Assembly (NCBI GenBank): GCA_043777915.1
Contig: JAYWHB010000357.1
Coordinates: 1 to 27,339 of the forward strand
Reading direction: 5' to 3'
DNA length: 27,339 nt
Source of the DNA: Deinococcales bacterium
GTDB lineage: Bacteria > Deinococcota > Deinococci > Deinococcales > JAAFIG01
Part shown: positions 8,225 to 17,017 of the stretch, piece by piece
Position numbering within the stretch: position 1 is the stretch's first letter
How the letters are laid out: every line of letters begins with the position of its first letter
Program-made: the position numbers and the translations under genes
The notes under the pieces: model-generated
Seen by the model: the letters and a program-made list of their open reading frames with translations, nothing else
Database searches by the model: none
What the model was told of the DNA's origin: nothing

Positions 8225-9511
8225 ATGAACCAACACGAGCCACAAGCTCGCAATGAACCCCAAACCGAGGACTTAAACCTCTGGCACGCCTTTATTGACC
8301 AAATCGAAACCACCCAAAACTACTTTAGAGCCAGTTCAGAAACCCTCGAGTATCTGCGTCATCCTAAACGTATGGTCACGGTTTCCGTACCCGCCCGTAT
8401 GGACGATGGCAGTGTCCGTTTTTTTACCGGCTACCGAGTCCAACACAGCATTTCACGCGGACCTTCGAAGGGCGGAATCCGTTACCGGGCGGGCTTAAAC
8501 TTAGATGAAGTACGCGGTTTAGCCGCCGCCATGACGATTAAGTGTGCGGTCATGAACCTGCCATTTGGTGGTGCAAAAGGCGGCATAGACGTAGACCCAA
8601 AAACCCTCTCAAAACCTGAAATTGAACGCATGACAAGGCGCTACACCTCCGAATTGGTGGATTTAATCGGACCAGACAAAGACATTCCCGCCCCAGACAC
8701 TGGCACAAACGAGCAGGTGATGGCGTGGATTATGGACACCTTTAGCCAAAACAAAGGCAGTACCGTGACTGGTGTGGTAACTGGCAAACCCGTGGCACTT
8801 GGCGGCAGCATTGGCAGAGTCGAAGCGGCTGGGCGCGGCATTGCCTATAGCATCTTTGGGGTAGCGAGGCGCGAAAACATCAACTTAGAAAAAGCCAGTG
8901 CCGCGATTCAAGGTTTTGGCATGGTCGGACGTTACGCTGCCCTAGGCTTATATGAACGCGGTGTGCGAATTGTGGCGGTTTCTGACTCGAGTGGCGCGAT
9001 TTACGCCCATGACGGCTTTGATATTCCAGCCCTGCTCGAGTATAAAAACCAGCACGGCACGATCATCGGGTTTAACGGCGCAAAACGCATAGACCACGAA
9101 TCGCTACTGACTTTACCCGTAGATATTCTTGTGCCAGCCGTGCGCGAAGGCGCAATTCATGTCGGTAACGCCGCCAAAGTCGAAGCCCAAATCATTGCCG
9201 AAGGCGCAAATCATGCCATCACCAGACAAGCCGACACCATTCTCGAGCGCGAAGGACGGGTCATCATCCCCGATTACTTAGCCAATTCGGGTGGTGTAAC
9301 CGTTTCTTATTATGAATGGGTACAAGATTTTAACAACTTTTACTGGACAGAAGACGAAATCCGAAGCAACCTAGAACAACATATTCAACACGCCCTAGAC
9401 AGTGTGTACGCCGTAAAACTCGAGCGCGATGTCAATTTGCGTCAAGCCGCATTTATTCTGGCAGTCAGCCGAATCAACGAAAGCACCAACTTACGTGGCT
9501 TATACCCATAG
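8225..9511 (+). CDS. gdhA: Glu/Leu/Phe/Val dehydrogenase, orthologue-like of the Thermus regulatory subunit GdhA
   Basis: 'TLEYLRHPKRMVT', 'GPSKGG', 'KCAVMNLPFGGAKGG', 'QGFGMVG', 'AVREGA', C-terminal 'LRGLYP'; upstream gene of a tandem gdh pair. Confidence 0.9.
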   Translation: MNQHEPQARNEPQTEDLNLWHAFIDQIETTQNYFRASSETLEYLRHPKRMVTVSVPARMDDGSVRFFTGYRVQHSISRGPSKGGIRYRAGLNLDEVRGLAAAMTIKCAVMNLPFGGAKGGIDVDPKTLSKPEIERMTRRYTSELVDLIGPDKDIPAPDTGTNEQVMAWIMDTFSQNKGSTVTGVVTGKPVALGGSIGRVEAAGRGIAYSIFGVARRENINLEKASAAIQGFGMVGRYAALGLYERGVRIVAVSDSSGAIYAHDGFDIPALLEYKNQHGTIIGFNGAKRIDHESLLTLPVDILVPAVREGAIHVGNAAKVEAQIIAEGANHAITRQADTILEREGRVIIPDYLANSGGVTVSYYEWVQDFNNFYWTEDEIRSNLEQHIQHALDSVYAVKLERDVNLRQAAFILAVSRINESTNLRGLYP

Positions 9512-9525
9512 AGAACAGCGGAAAA

Positions 9526-9553
9526 CAAAGCTCATAGCCCATAGCTCATAGCC
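9526..9553. repeat. Heptamer tandem repeat CA(A/T)AGC(T/C) x4
   Basis: CAAAGCT CATAGCC CATAGCT CATAGCC between gdhA and gdhB. Confidence 0.7.
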
Positions 9554-9570
9554 CTCCACAGGAGACAAAA

Positions 9571-10851
9571 ATGCACCAACATGAAGTTCCTTCTTACTTA
9601 AATCACGATAACCTAGGACCTTGGGAAATTTACCTCGAGCAAGTAGACCGTGTGACCCCATACCTTGGGAAACTTGCCTACTGGGTCGAGACCTTAAAGC
9701 GCCCAAAACGCATTTTGATTGTGGACGTACCAATTCAACTCGATGATGGCAGCATTGCCCATTTTGAAGGCTACCGTGTCCAGCACAACAGTTCACGTGG
9801 ACCCGGTAAGGGAGGGGTGCGCTATCACCAAGATGTAACGCTTTCAGAAGTGATGGCATTAAGCGCTTGGATGACGGTTAAAAACGCGGCGGTAAACCTG
9901 CCTTATGGCGGCGCTAAAGGCGGAATTCGGGTAGACCCACGAAAATTATCGCGTGGTGAACTCGAGAAGATGACACGGCGCTACACCTCGGAAATCAACT
10001 TTATTATTGGACCAGACAAAGACATTCCAGCCCCCGATGTCAACACCAACGAACTGACGATGGCATGGATGATGGACACCTACAGCATGAACCAAGGACG
10101 CACCGCTACAGGTGTAGTGACCGGTAAACCAATTGCCCTTGGTGGCAGCCTCGGCAGGCGTGATGCGACTGGGCGCGGTGTCTTTGTGGCTGGACGCGAA
10201 GCTGCTAATCGTATTGGTTTAGACATTGCGGGGTCTCGAGTCACGGTGCAGGGTTTTGGTAATGTTGGTAATGCGTCGGCAAGAATTTTTCATGACCACG
10301 GTGCAAAAGTCGTAGCGATTCAAGACGTGTCTGGCACAATTTTTAATGGCGACGGCATCAACCCACACGACCTGCTCGAGTTTATGAAACAAAATCCAGA
10401 TGTGACCGCCTACCCGAAAGCCACAACCATAGCCAAAAATGATTTCTGGAATGTCGAAACCGAATTTTTAATCCCCGCCGCTTTAGAAAAACAAATCACC
10501 CTCGAGAATGCCCACTTAATCAAAACCCGTATTGTGGTCGAAGGTGCAAACGGACCGACCACTCCAGCCGCCGATGATGTCCTGCGTGAACGCGGCATTA
10601 TTGTTGTGCCGGACGTGTTAGCAAATGCTGGTGGTGTGACGGTAAGCTACTTTGAATGGGTGCAGGATTTTAGCAGTTTCTTTTGGACAGAAGACGAAAT
10701 CAACAAACGTTTAGAAAAAATCATGGTTGAAGCCTTTAAGGGCATTTGGGATGTCGCCCAAGATAAAAACGTGACAATGCGAACCGCAACTTTTATTGTG
10801 GCGTGTACTCGAGTTCTCGAGGCGAGGGCATTGCGTGGGTTGTACCCTTAG
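9571..10851 (+). CDS. gdhB: Glutamate dehydrogenase catalytic subunit (Thermus GdhB-like)
   Basis: '[18 protein letters not shown]', '[15 protein letters not shown]', 'QGFGNVG', '[12 protein letters not shown]'; RBS AGGAG. Confidence 0.93.
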   Translation: MHQHEVPSYLNHDNLGPWEIYLEQVDRVTPYLGKLAYWVETLKRPKRILIVDVPIQLDDGSIAHFEGYRVQHNSSRGPGKGGVRYHQDVTLSEVMALSAWMTVKNAAVNLPYGGAKGGIRVDPRKLSRGELEKMTRRYTSEINFIIGPDKDIPAPDVNTNELTMAWMMDTYSMNQGRTATGVVTGKPIALGGSLGRRDATGRGVFVAGREAANRIGLDIAGSRVTVQGFGNVGNASARIFHDHGAKVVAIQDVSGTIFNGDGINPHDLLEFMKQNPDVTAYPKATTIAKNDFWNVETEFLIPAALEKQITLENAHLIKTRIVVEGANGPTTPAADDVLRERGIIVVPDVLANAGGVTVSYFEWVQDFSSFFWTEDEINKRLEKIMVEAFKGIWDVAQDKNVTMRTATFIVACTRVLEARALRGLYP

Positions 10852-10870
10852 TCTTTAACCTAAAAATCGA

Positions 10871-10943
10871 GGTCAATCCAAATGGCAAGCCTCATTTTCT
10901 CCTAGGGAGTGAGCAAAGCCGAGATTGGGCTAGGATTTGTACC
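10871..10943. other. Long imperfect hairpin between convergent gdhB and S8 genes
   Basis: Nested pairings GGT/ACC, AATCC/GGATT, GGC/GCC, CTCA/TGAG and CTCC-TAG-GGAG. Confidence 0.35.
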
Positions 10944-10998
10944 ACTATTCAGGTGTGAAGACACAGGATGCGCTGTGGCGTAAGCTCGAGCGGGAAGC

Positions 10999-11032
10999 AA
11001 AAAAGTACCCTCGAGCAGGTGTCTCGAGGGTA
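10999..11032 (-). terminator. Intrinsic terminator of the S8 gene built from two CTCGAG copies
   Basis: Perfect stem TACCCTCGAG-(7 nt)-CTCGAGGGTA (11006-11032) followed on the minus strand by a T6 tract (A6 at 10999-11004), 15 nt past the stop. Confidence 0.75.
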
Positions 11033-11047
11033 TGGTTTTGAGATACT

Positions 11048-12715
11048 TTACTTTTTTCCAAGATTAGAGAGATCGAGAATGCCGCAACCCATGCCTTGAG
11101 GTTTTGGATTCCAAGAACGGCAACCACCGTAGGTTTGTGCAGTATCCAATGGTTTTAACAGCCATGACGCATCCTTCTTATTCGCTTTTGCAATTGCTAA
11201 GGCTGCTGTCACAAGTGGAGTGGCATAAGAAGTACCTTCTAAATTCATTGACGTGAGCTTAAATTCTCCAAGGGCAGCAATGTCAACAAAGTCTCCTCGA
11301 CTACTAAAACTGGAAGGAATACCTAGTTGGTTTACAGAACCAACTCCAATAACACGGTCGGTTTTTGCAGGGAATTGCTGGTAAACGCCACAATGACCCG
11401 AATTATTCACTTTGCAATTGCTTTGACCATTCATATCATAGAGCTTTTCTTGCCTATTTCCAGCCGATGCCACATAATTAACACTTTTGAGTTTTTCAGT
11501 AATCAGATATTTCATAATCTTTGAATCTGTGTCACCCCCAAAGCTCATATTGATGGTTTCTGCCCCAACATCTGCCGCGTGGCAAACGCCCTGTATGACA
11601 GCCTCAAGCGGGCAAGTACCATCTTTGCAAACCTTAACAGGAGTAATATGTGTAGTGCCAATAGTATTTTTTGTATCAGCAATGATTTGCCTGATAATTT
11701 CTGCAACTAAAGTCCCATGTAAAGACTTTCCATTGTCTAGATAGCCTATTTCAATGAAAGACTTGGGGCTTGAGAAGGGAAAACTTGTATTATTGAAACC
11801 ACTATCTAAAATTCCAATGTGTTGATTGTTCGCATAAAAATTCGGAGGTAAGTTGATTATATTCTTGAGATTATATCCTGTTTGAAAAACCTTTACTGCC
11901 AACTCGAGATTGCCATTTGGCTGTCCATATGATGGTACTGGGTCTAAATAACGAACCAAGTAATTATCTCGTATTGATTTTTTTGATCCAGGTACGATGT
12001 AGTTTGTAAAGGCTTCATCTAGTTTCTGTCGGGCTTCACCTGGACTTGTGTTCAGTTCGTAAATTGAAATATACCCATTACAAATTTTGGCAAGTTTAAT
12101 TCCATATAGAGAAATTTTAGAGGTGAGAGAGATTTCTTGGGAGTTTTTGTACCCTTTGCCCATGAAATAAGTGTTAATCCAGCCAGCTACATTATCTGGC
12201 AACTGATTTTCATGAAAAATCATGATTTGGCTTCTTTGCCAAATATAGTCATTACTTGTATTCAATTTTTCATCACCATTATTCGGGTCATAAAAACAAT
12301 TTCTTGTAATTACTGCGCCACTAGATGGATTTCGGCAAGTTGTGCTGTAACCTAGAATCTCGAGTTCATCTTCACCTACGTCTGTAACTTTGAATTTCTG
12401 GGTTCCACCCAATAGATTTTTGGGAATTTGAAAGCAAATATAATTTGCAAATCTTGATCGTCTATTACTCGCCATATTAAGCCTTTGACAATCTGTTTTC
12501 ATTGCAGGATTAACCTTAATCCAACCACCCGATCTATCTAAAAAAAATATATCCGTATTCGCTGTTGAGGAATTTAGTTCTATCATGACTAATTCGTTTT
12601 GGGCTGCTGGGTTTGGATAAAACTCCAGACTGCTTCCAGAACTTTGCGTTGCACCACCTTGAAGGTTAAACGAAACGAATAAAAGGGCTAACACCAATGG
12701 AAAGAATATTTTCAT
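11048..12715 (-). CDS. Secreted S8 (subtilase) family serine peptidase with long N-terminal region
   Basis: Signal-like MKIFFPLVLALLFVS; triad ILDSG / HGTLV / GTSYATP; oxyanion SAGN. ATG 12715 follows a GAGGTG RBS. Confidence 0.88.
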   Translation of the reverse strand: MKIFFPLVLALLFVSFNLQGGATQSSGSSLEFYPNPAAQNELVMIELNSSTANTDIFFLDRSGGWIKVNPAMKTDCQRLNMASNRRSRFANYICFQIPKNLLGGTQKFKVTDVGEDELEILGYSTTCRNPSSGAVITRNCFYDPNNGDEKLNTSNDYIWQRSQIMIFHENQLPDNVAGWINTYFMGKGYKNSQEISLTSKISLYGIKLAKICNGYISIYELNTSPGEARQKLDEAFTNYIVPGSKKSIRDNYLVRYLDPVPSYGQPNGNLELAVKVFQTGYNLKNIINLPPNFYANNQHIGILDSGFNNTSFPFSSPKSFIEIGYLDNGKSLHGTLVAEIIRQIIADTKNTIGTTHITPVKVCKDGTCPLEAVIQGVCHAADVGAETINMSFGGDTDSKIMKYLITEKLKSVNYVASAGNRQEKLYDMNGQSNCKVNNSGHCGVYQQFPAKTDRVIGVGSVNQLGIPSSFSSRGDFVDIAALGEFKLTSMNLEGTSYATPLVTAALAIAKANKKDASWLLKPLDTAQTYGGCRSWNPKPQGMGCGILDLSNLGKK

Positions 12716-12769
12716 AAGCACCTCTTGCAACATATTTTGAAAGCCTTGACAAAAATCTACGGTAAAAAA

Positions 12770-15766
12770 TTAAAATTCCAGATTAACCCCCAAGGCTTGC
12801 TGTATAAAATCTAATCGCTCGAGAATGGTTTTCTCCAAGGTAACGTCCCCGAATTTTTCAGCCGTAACTCGAGCTTCTAATAATTGCTTTTGTGCGGCAT
12901 TTAAGTTGTTCTCTAAAAGGAAAATCTCTCCCTGAACATATTTTGCATACAAACCAACAGGAGTATTTTCACGTTGATTTTGACCAAGGTCATCCCAGAC
13001 AAGGTTCATTTGTGCTTTTGCTTGTTCTACTTTATTGGTTTTGTACAGCGCTTCGGCAAGGTTAAGCCGCAATTCGGCTTTGATATTCTGCTGGTGCTGT
13101 TCTCGTACTGCAATGGCTTGTTGGTAACTCTGTAAAGATTCGTTAAAATTTCCCTGCAAGAAAAGAATTGCTCCACGATTCTCAAAACAATCAGCCAGTC
13201 GAACGGAGTTGGTTTGCACGTAGTAGGATTCTGCTTTTTTGATGTGTTCGAGTGCTTGGGTGTATCTACCACATTGCCACTCGAGTGTAGATAGGTTGTT
13301 ATGGACTCCTGCAACGCTTAACCCGTCTAGCAATTTATCTTGAATTTCTAAAGCCTGCAACCAAACACTTTTGGCTTGGTCAAAATTTCGTCTCATGGCG
13401 CAAACCACGGCAATACAGTTCAGTAACACTGCAATATTACTTTGGTTTCCAAGCCGTTGCCAAATATCTAAAGATTCTGTATAGAGAAGTTGAGCTTGCT
13501 CGAGGTCGCCTTGGTTTTGTTTGACCAAACCAACAATGGTGACTGCATCTGCTCGAATTGATTCGGCACTCTTGTTTCGGAGTCCACGAATACGAACAAT
13601 GGCTGTTTGTGCATAGTGTTCGGCTTGGGTGTAGTTATTTTTTTCGCGGATGTACAATTTTGCGCGTATAGCAGCATCGTAGGCGTGTAGAACTGCATCT
13701 TCAATACTTCCTAATAGTAAGTCGGCTTGCTCAAGTCTATTGAATGCTTCGTTGTGTTTGCTCATTTTAGCGTACCAGTCAGCTTGTTTCAAAATTACTT
13801 GTAGACGTTCTTTATCGTCTTGGCTGGTTTCTATCTGATGCTCAAACCAAATTGCAGCATTGTCCAAATCACCGTGCAAGCTGTATCTGTCGGCTAACCC
13901 CTGAAATGCTCGATGCGCTTGAATTCTATCCCTTGGTGTCCAAACATGCCGTGCATCCCAATAATGCTGCGCTGCCACGCTTGGCATTTTCAAGGCTCGA
14001 GCCGCCCGCAAGTGCAACATGGCTTTACGCGCCATTCCCATATCCTCGAGCAGCACCGCACGGGTCAGGTCGTGGTTTAGGTGCATTCCGTGTTGGTCAT
14101 CGCCTAATAAGCCTTTGTATCCTAGCTGCTCGGTGCTTTCAATCAGTTCTTGTGGGCTGCGGGCAGTGACTAATTGCAGCGTGTATAAATCGTGCTTGCC
14201 GCCCAATACAGCTAATCCCTCGAGGGTTTGTTTTTCTAAACTGTCTAAGCGTTGTAAGCGTAAACGAATCAGATTCGAGACTTGCGAAGCGTTTGAATTC
14301 TGGCTTCGCAGTAACTCGAGGGCGTAAAGCGGATTACCTCCACTCATGTGCCTTAGTGTTTGGCTGTCCCAAGTTGTGTTTTTTTGGTGCGTAATCAAGA
14401 GGGCTAAATCGGTTTGTGAAAGTGGTTCAAGCCTGATGATTTCTGCCAGGCAAATCTCGAGCAGACTTTGCCAATTGGCTTGGCTATTTTCGGTATGACG
14501 AAGCGTAGCAATGAGGTGCAGTGGATGAGGTGTGCTGTGTTGTAATAACTGACCAAGTTGTAAAATGGTGGTGCTGTCTGCCCATTGTAGGTCGTCTAGG
14601 GCTAAAATTGTGGGTTGATGACTTACAAGTAATACTTCACACAGGGCTTTGTGCAAATCAAAATGTTCGTTTGTATTGACGGCTTGGTTTGACTGCTCGA
14701 GTAACAAGGACTCGATGGCTTTTCTCGAGGGGGCTGATAATTTTTCCAGCTTATTTGGTTCTAATGCCAAGGCTTGACGTACAAAAACAGCTAAAATTTC
14801 GGCAATTGGGGTTTCTGGCGTAGCTTTGCTGTGCAGAACTCGAGTTGCTTGGCTGTGCTTTAAAATTTCTTGCATTAAACGGCTTTTGCCAGCCCCCGGT
14901 TCGCCTTGTAAAATCAGCATTTTGGCATTGCCTGAATCCTCGAGCCTCAAAAAATTTAGGCTTTGTTTTAAGTTGTCTTGCCTACCAACAAAAGGCACTT
15001 GGCTAACCACAACCAGCGCTCGAGGTTGTACCAAGCCCATTTCTTGACGCAGGGTATTCTCGCAAGTGGTTTTAGAGCCAGACCTGACCAACTCAAAGAC
15101 TTTTTTGGTTTGTGAAGTGGGTTCTACACCTAGAGCAGCGTGTAAGGATTTGCTGAATCTGGTATAAAACCCCACGGCTTTATCGGTTTCACCACGTACA
15201 CCTTGAACCAAAAGCAACAAACGCAATGCTTCTTCTCGAGGTTCGGTTTCATCGCCAGCCGCCAGTTCCAAGAGTGGTAAAGCCGCTTCAAATTGCCCAT
15301 TTTTGATGGTCAGACGCGCCAAATCAAACGCCAGTTCAGACTGTTCGGTGATGAACAACTGACGTTTCTGCTCGAGCCATTCTTCAAACTCTAAACCCAG
15401 ACCACGTTTCCATTCTCTGAAACGCACCCCACTTAAAAATTCGCCTTTGTACAAAGCGAATCTTTTTTCAAGGTCGGTTTCGGTTTGCCAATCGAGAACA
15501 TCAACACGTATTGTTGTCCCCAATTCTAGGGTTTCGAGTTCTGAAATCAGGGCTTCTTCGCCAAGCTCGAGAACAATATGCGCCCGCATCACCGATAAGT
15601 TATTTAAGGGGTCAGAAGAATCTCCCCAGAACAAGCCCGCCAGGTGTCGCCGTTCGGTGCGTCCCTCGAGTGCCAAATATGCCAGCAACGCAAAGGCTTT
15701 GGCATAGAGCTTTTTGGGTTGCCCTTGAAACTGAATTTTGGGTGAACCAAGCAAACTCAAATACAT
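12770..15766 (-). CDS. SARP/BTAD-AAA(STAND-like)-TPR transcriptional regulator
   Basis: N-terminal 'LSLLGSP...LLAYLAL...LAGLFW' wHTH; BTAD 'EPREEALRLLL...LGVEP'; 'FVGR', Walker A GEPGAGKS, Walker B 'LALDDLQWAD', 'GGNPLYALEL'; C-terminal TPR repeats. Confidence 0.9.
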   Translation of the reverse strand: MYLSLLGSPKIQFQGQPKKLYAKAFALLAYLALEGRTERRHLAGLFWGDSSDPLNNLSVMRAHIVLELGEEALISELETLELGTTIRVDVLDWQTETDLEKRFALYKGEFLSGVRFREWKRGLGLEFEEWLEQKRQLFITEQSELAFDLARLTIKNGQFEAALPLLELAAGDETEPREEALRLLLLVQGVRGETDKAVGFYTRFSKSLHAALGVEPTSQTKKVFELVRSGSKTTCENTLRQEMGLVQPRALVVVSQVPFVGRQDNLKQSLNFLRLEDSGNAKMLILQGEPGAGKSRLMQEILKHSQATRVLHSKATPETPIAEILAVFVRQALALEPNKLEKLSAPSRKAIESLLLEQSNQAVNTNEHFDLHKALCEVLLVSHQPTILALDDLQWADSTTILQLGQLLQHSTPHPLHLIATLRHTENSQANWQSLLEICLAEIIRLEPLSQTDLALLITHQKNTTWDSQTLRHMSGGNPLYALELLRSQNSNASQVSNLIRLRLQRLDSLEKQTLEGLAVLGGKHDLYTLQLVTARSPQELIESTEQLGYKGLLGDDQHGMHLNHDLTRAVLLEDMGMARKAMLHLRAARALKMPSVAAQHYWDARHVWTPRDRIQAHRAFQGLADRYSLHGDLDNAAIWFEHQIETSQDDKERLQVILKQADWYAKMSKHNEAFNRLEQADLLLGSIEDAVLHAYDAAIRAKLYIREKNNYTQAEHYAQTAIVRIRGLRNKSAESIRADAVTIVGLVKQNQGDLEQAQLLYTESLDIWQRLGNQSNIAVLLNCIAVVCAMRRNFDQAKSVWLQALEIQDKLLDGLSVAGVHNNLSTLEWQCGRYTQALEHIKKAESYYVQTNSVRLADCFENRGAILFLQGNFNESLQSYQQAIAVREQHQQNIKAELRLNLAEALYKTNKVEQAKAQMNLVWDDLGQNQRENTPVGLYAKYVQGEIFLLENNLNAAQKQLLEARVTAEKFGDVTLEKTILERLDFIQQALGVNLEF

Positions 15767-15828
15767 TACTCCGCCTTATTTGAACTTCTCTAGGAATACA
15801 AGATTTGGAGTTGAAAAAGCAAGACCCG

Positions 15829-15850
15829 AATTTAAGCCCAATTTAAGCCC
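15829..15850 (+). promoter_or_regulatory. Perfect 11-bp tandem direct repeat (AATTTAAGCCC)x2, candidate SARP operator
   Basis: Located in the divergent intergenic region 40 nt upstream of the 15891 start; the 11-bp period matches SARP wHTH binding geometry. Confidence 0.65.
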
Positions 15851-15890
15851 CCATGATTTACCTTTTGTTTTAACAAAAAGGAGGTAGAAA

Positions 15891-16211
15891 ATGCAGGTCA
15901 GCAGCAGAAGTTTATTGGAGCAAAAATTGCATCAGAGCCGCGCTTTATCCTTAGCCGACCTCGAGAAAATAACAGCCCTTGCCGATAAACAGGGGGTCAA
16001 TTTTGTACGACTTACACCCAAAGGCGCAGTTGTAGACGATGTGCTAACAGGCGTAAGCGGCACGATACACACCACCCGAGAAGCCATTTTAGGGGTTGTG
16101 CAGACCTTTCTCGAGTTATCCGAAAGTCAAGTACGACTTGAAATAAGCCGTTTGGGGTTAGAGGCAACCGCCGTATTTGAAATCCACTTTTCGACACCTG
16201 AAGTCGGGTAG
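15891..16211 (+). CDS. Small hypothetical protein (106 aa), first gene of the divergent operon
   Basis: Strong RBS AGGAGG (15879-15884), ATG start, protein-like alpha/beta composition. Confidence 0.75.
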   Translation: MQVSSRSLLEQKLHQSRALSLADLEKITALADKQGVNFVRLTPKGAVVDDVLTGVSGTIHTTREAILGVVQTFLELSESQVRLEISRLGLEATAVFEIHFSTPEVG

Positions 16212-16288
16212 TAAGTGTTTGCAAGCATCCCAGCCGCCCTCTCACCTCGAGAACCACGCCCTCGAGAGAAAACCAAGGAGCAACACCC

Positions 16289-17005
16289 ATGAGCAAAAAA
16301 TGGAAAGTCACCGATGAATCTATTATTTTCACAGACCGCCTCGCCGCTAAACTCCAAGCCCATTACAAACGCATCGAACAAACCGAAACCGTGCGCTTAA
16401 TCGAAGCTGACGGCACACCACCGGGTCTGGTTGCCAAAATCGTCAAATACATCCTGCTCGAGGTTTTTAGTTACGGACCGCACGTAACAGAAGCGACCTT
16501 TACTGCCATTGGACGCTTACCAAAATCCCGTCCCGACCTGATGAAACCCATGATTATCCATGACCTTTCCGAAGTTGACCACGGCGAAATGGCACTCGAG
16601 GACTTCATTAAACTTGGTGGGAACGAACAATGGGCGCGAACCCGTCAAATCACCCCCGCCAGTTTTGTGATGAGCGCCACTGTCCGCATGATTGGCGAGC
16701 GCGAAAGCCCATTTGCTTACCTTGGGTATATGTACCTTTTTGAATGCCTAACCCCAGTGCTGACCGAACGCGCCCAGGTTGCCCTAGCCAAAAAAGGCTT
16801 CCCCAGCAACGCCCAACGTTTTATAGATGTTCATGCCAAAGAAGACATAGCCCATGCCGATGAACTCGCAAGGCTGATTCAAAAAGTTGTGACGGATTAC
16901 CCCGAAGAAGAAAGCGCGATTGAATTTGGATTCGATTGCTTCGCGGCAGTCTACCCACTGCCAATTTGGGAAGCCGCCCTAAGTCACGCCAAAGCCGAGA
17001 AGTAA
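16289..17005 (+). CDS. Heme-oxygenase-like diiron oxidase (iron-containing redox enzyme; TenA/PqqC/CADD fold)
   Basis: Helical protein with putative iron ligands E-x-x-H ('SEVDHG'), 'YLFE' and H-x-x-E-D-x-x-H ('HAKEDIAH'); RBS AAGGAG. Confidence 0.8.
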   Translation: MSKKWKVTDESIIFTDRLAAKLQAHYKRIEQTETVRLIEADGTPPGLVAKIVKYILLEVFSYGPHVTEATFTAIGRLPKSRPDLMKPMIIHDLSEVDHGEMALEDFIKLGGNEQWARTRQITPASFVMSATVRMIGERESPFAYLGYMYLFECLTPVLTERAQVALAKKGFPSNAQRFIDVHAKEDIAHADELARLIQKVVTDYPEEESAIEFGFDCFAAVYPLPIWEAALSHAKAEK

Positions 17006-17017
17006 GGAGAGTGTGCC

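Noticed and set aside
11048-15766. ietAS-like or Avs-type anti-phage pair (ATPase plus S8 protease)
   Set aside because: The S8 has a secretion signal and the NTPase carries an N-terminal wHTH-BTAD regulator module, so the architecture fits transcriptional control rather than those defence systems.
15891-16211. Classical RiPP precursor peptide
   Set aside because: No leader/core organisation, double-glycine site or Cys/Ser/Thr-rich core, and no RRE, YcaO, lanthipeptide or radical SAM enzyme nearby. Kept only as an unknown small protein.
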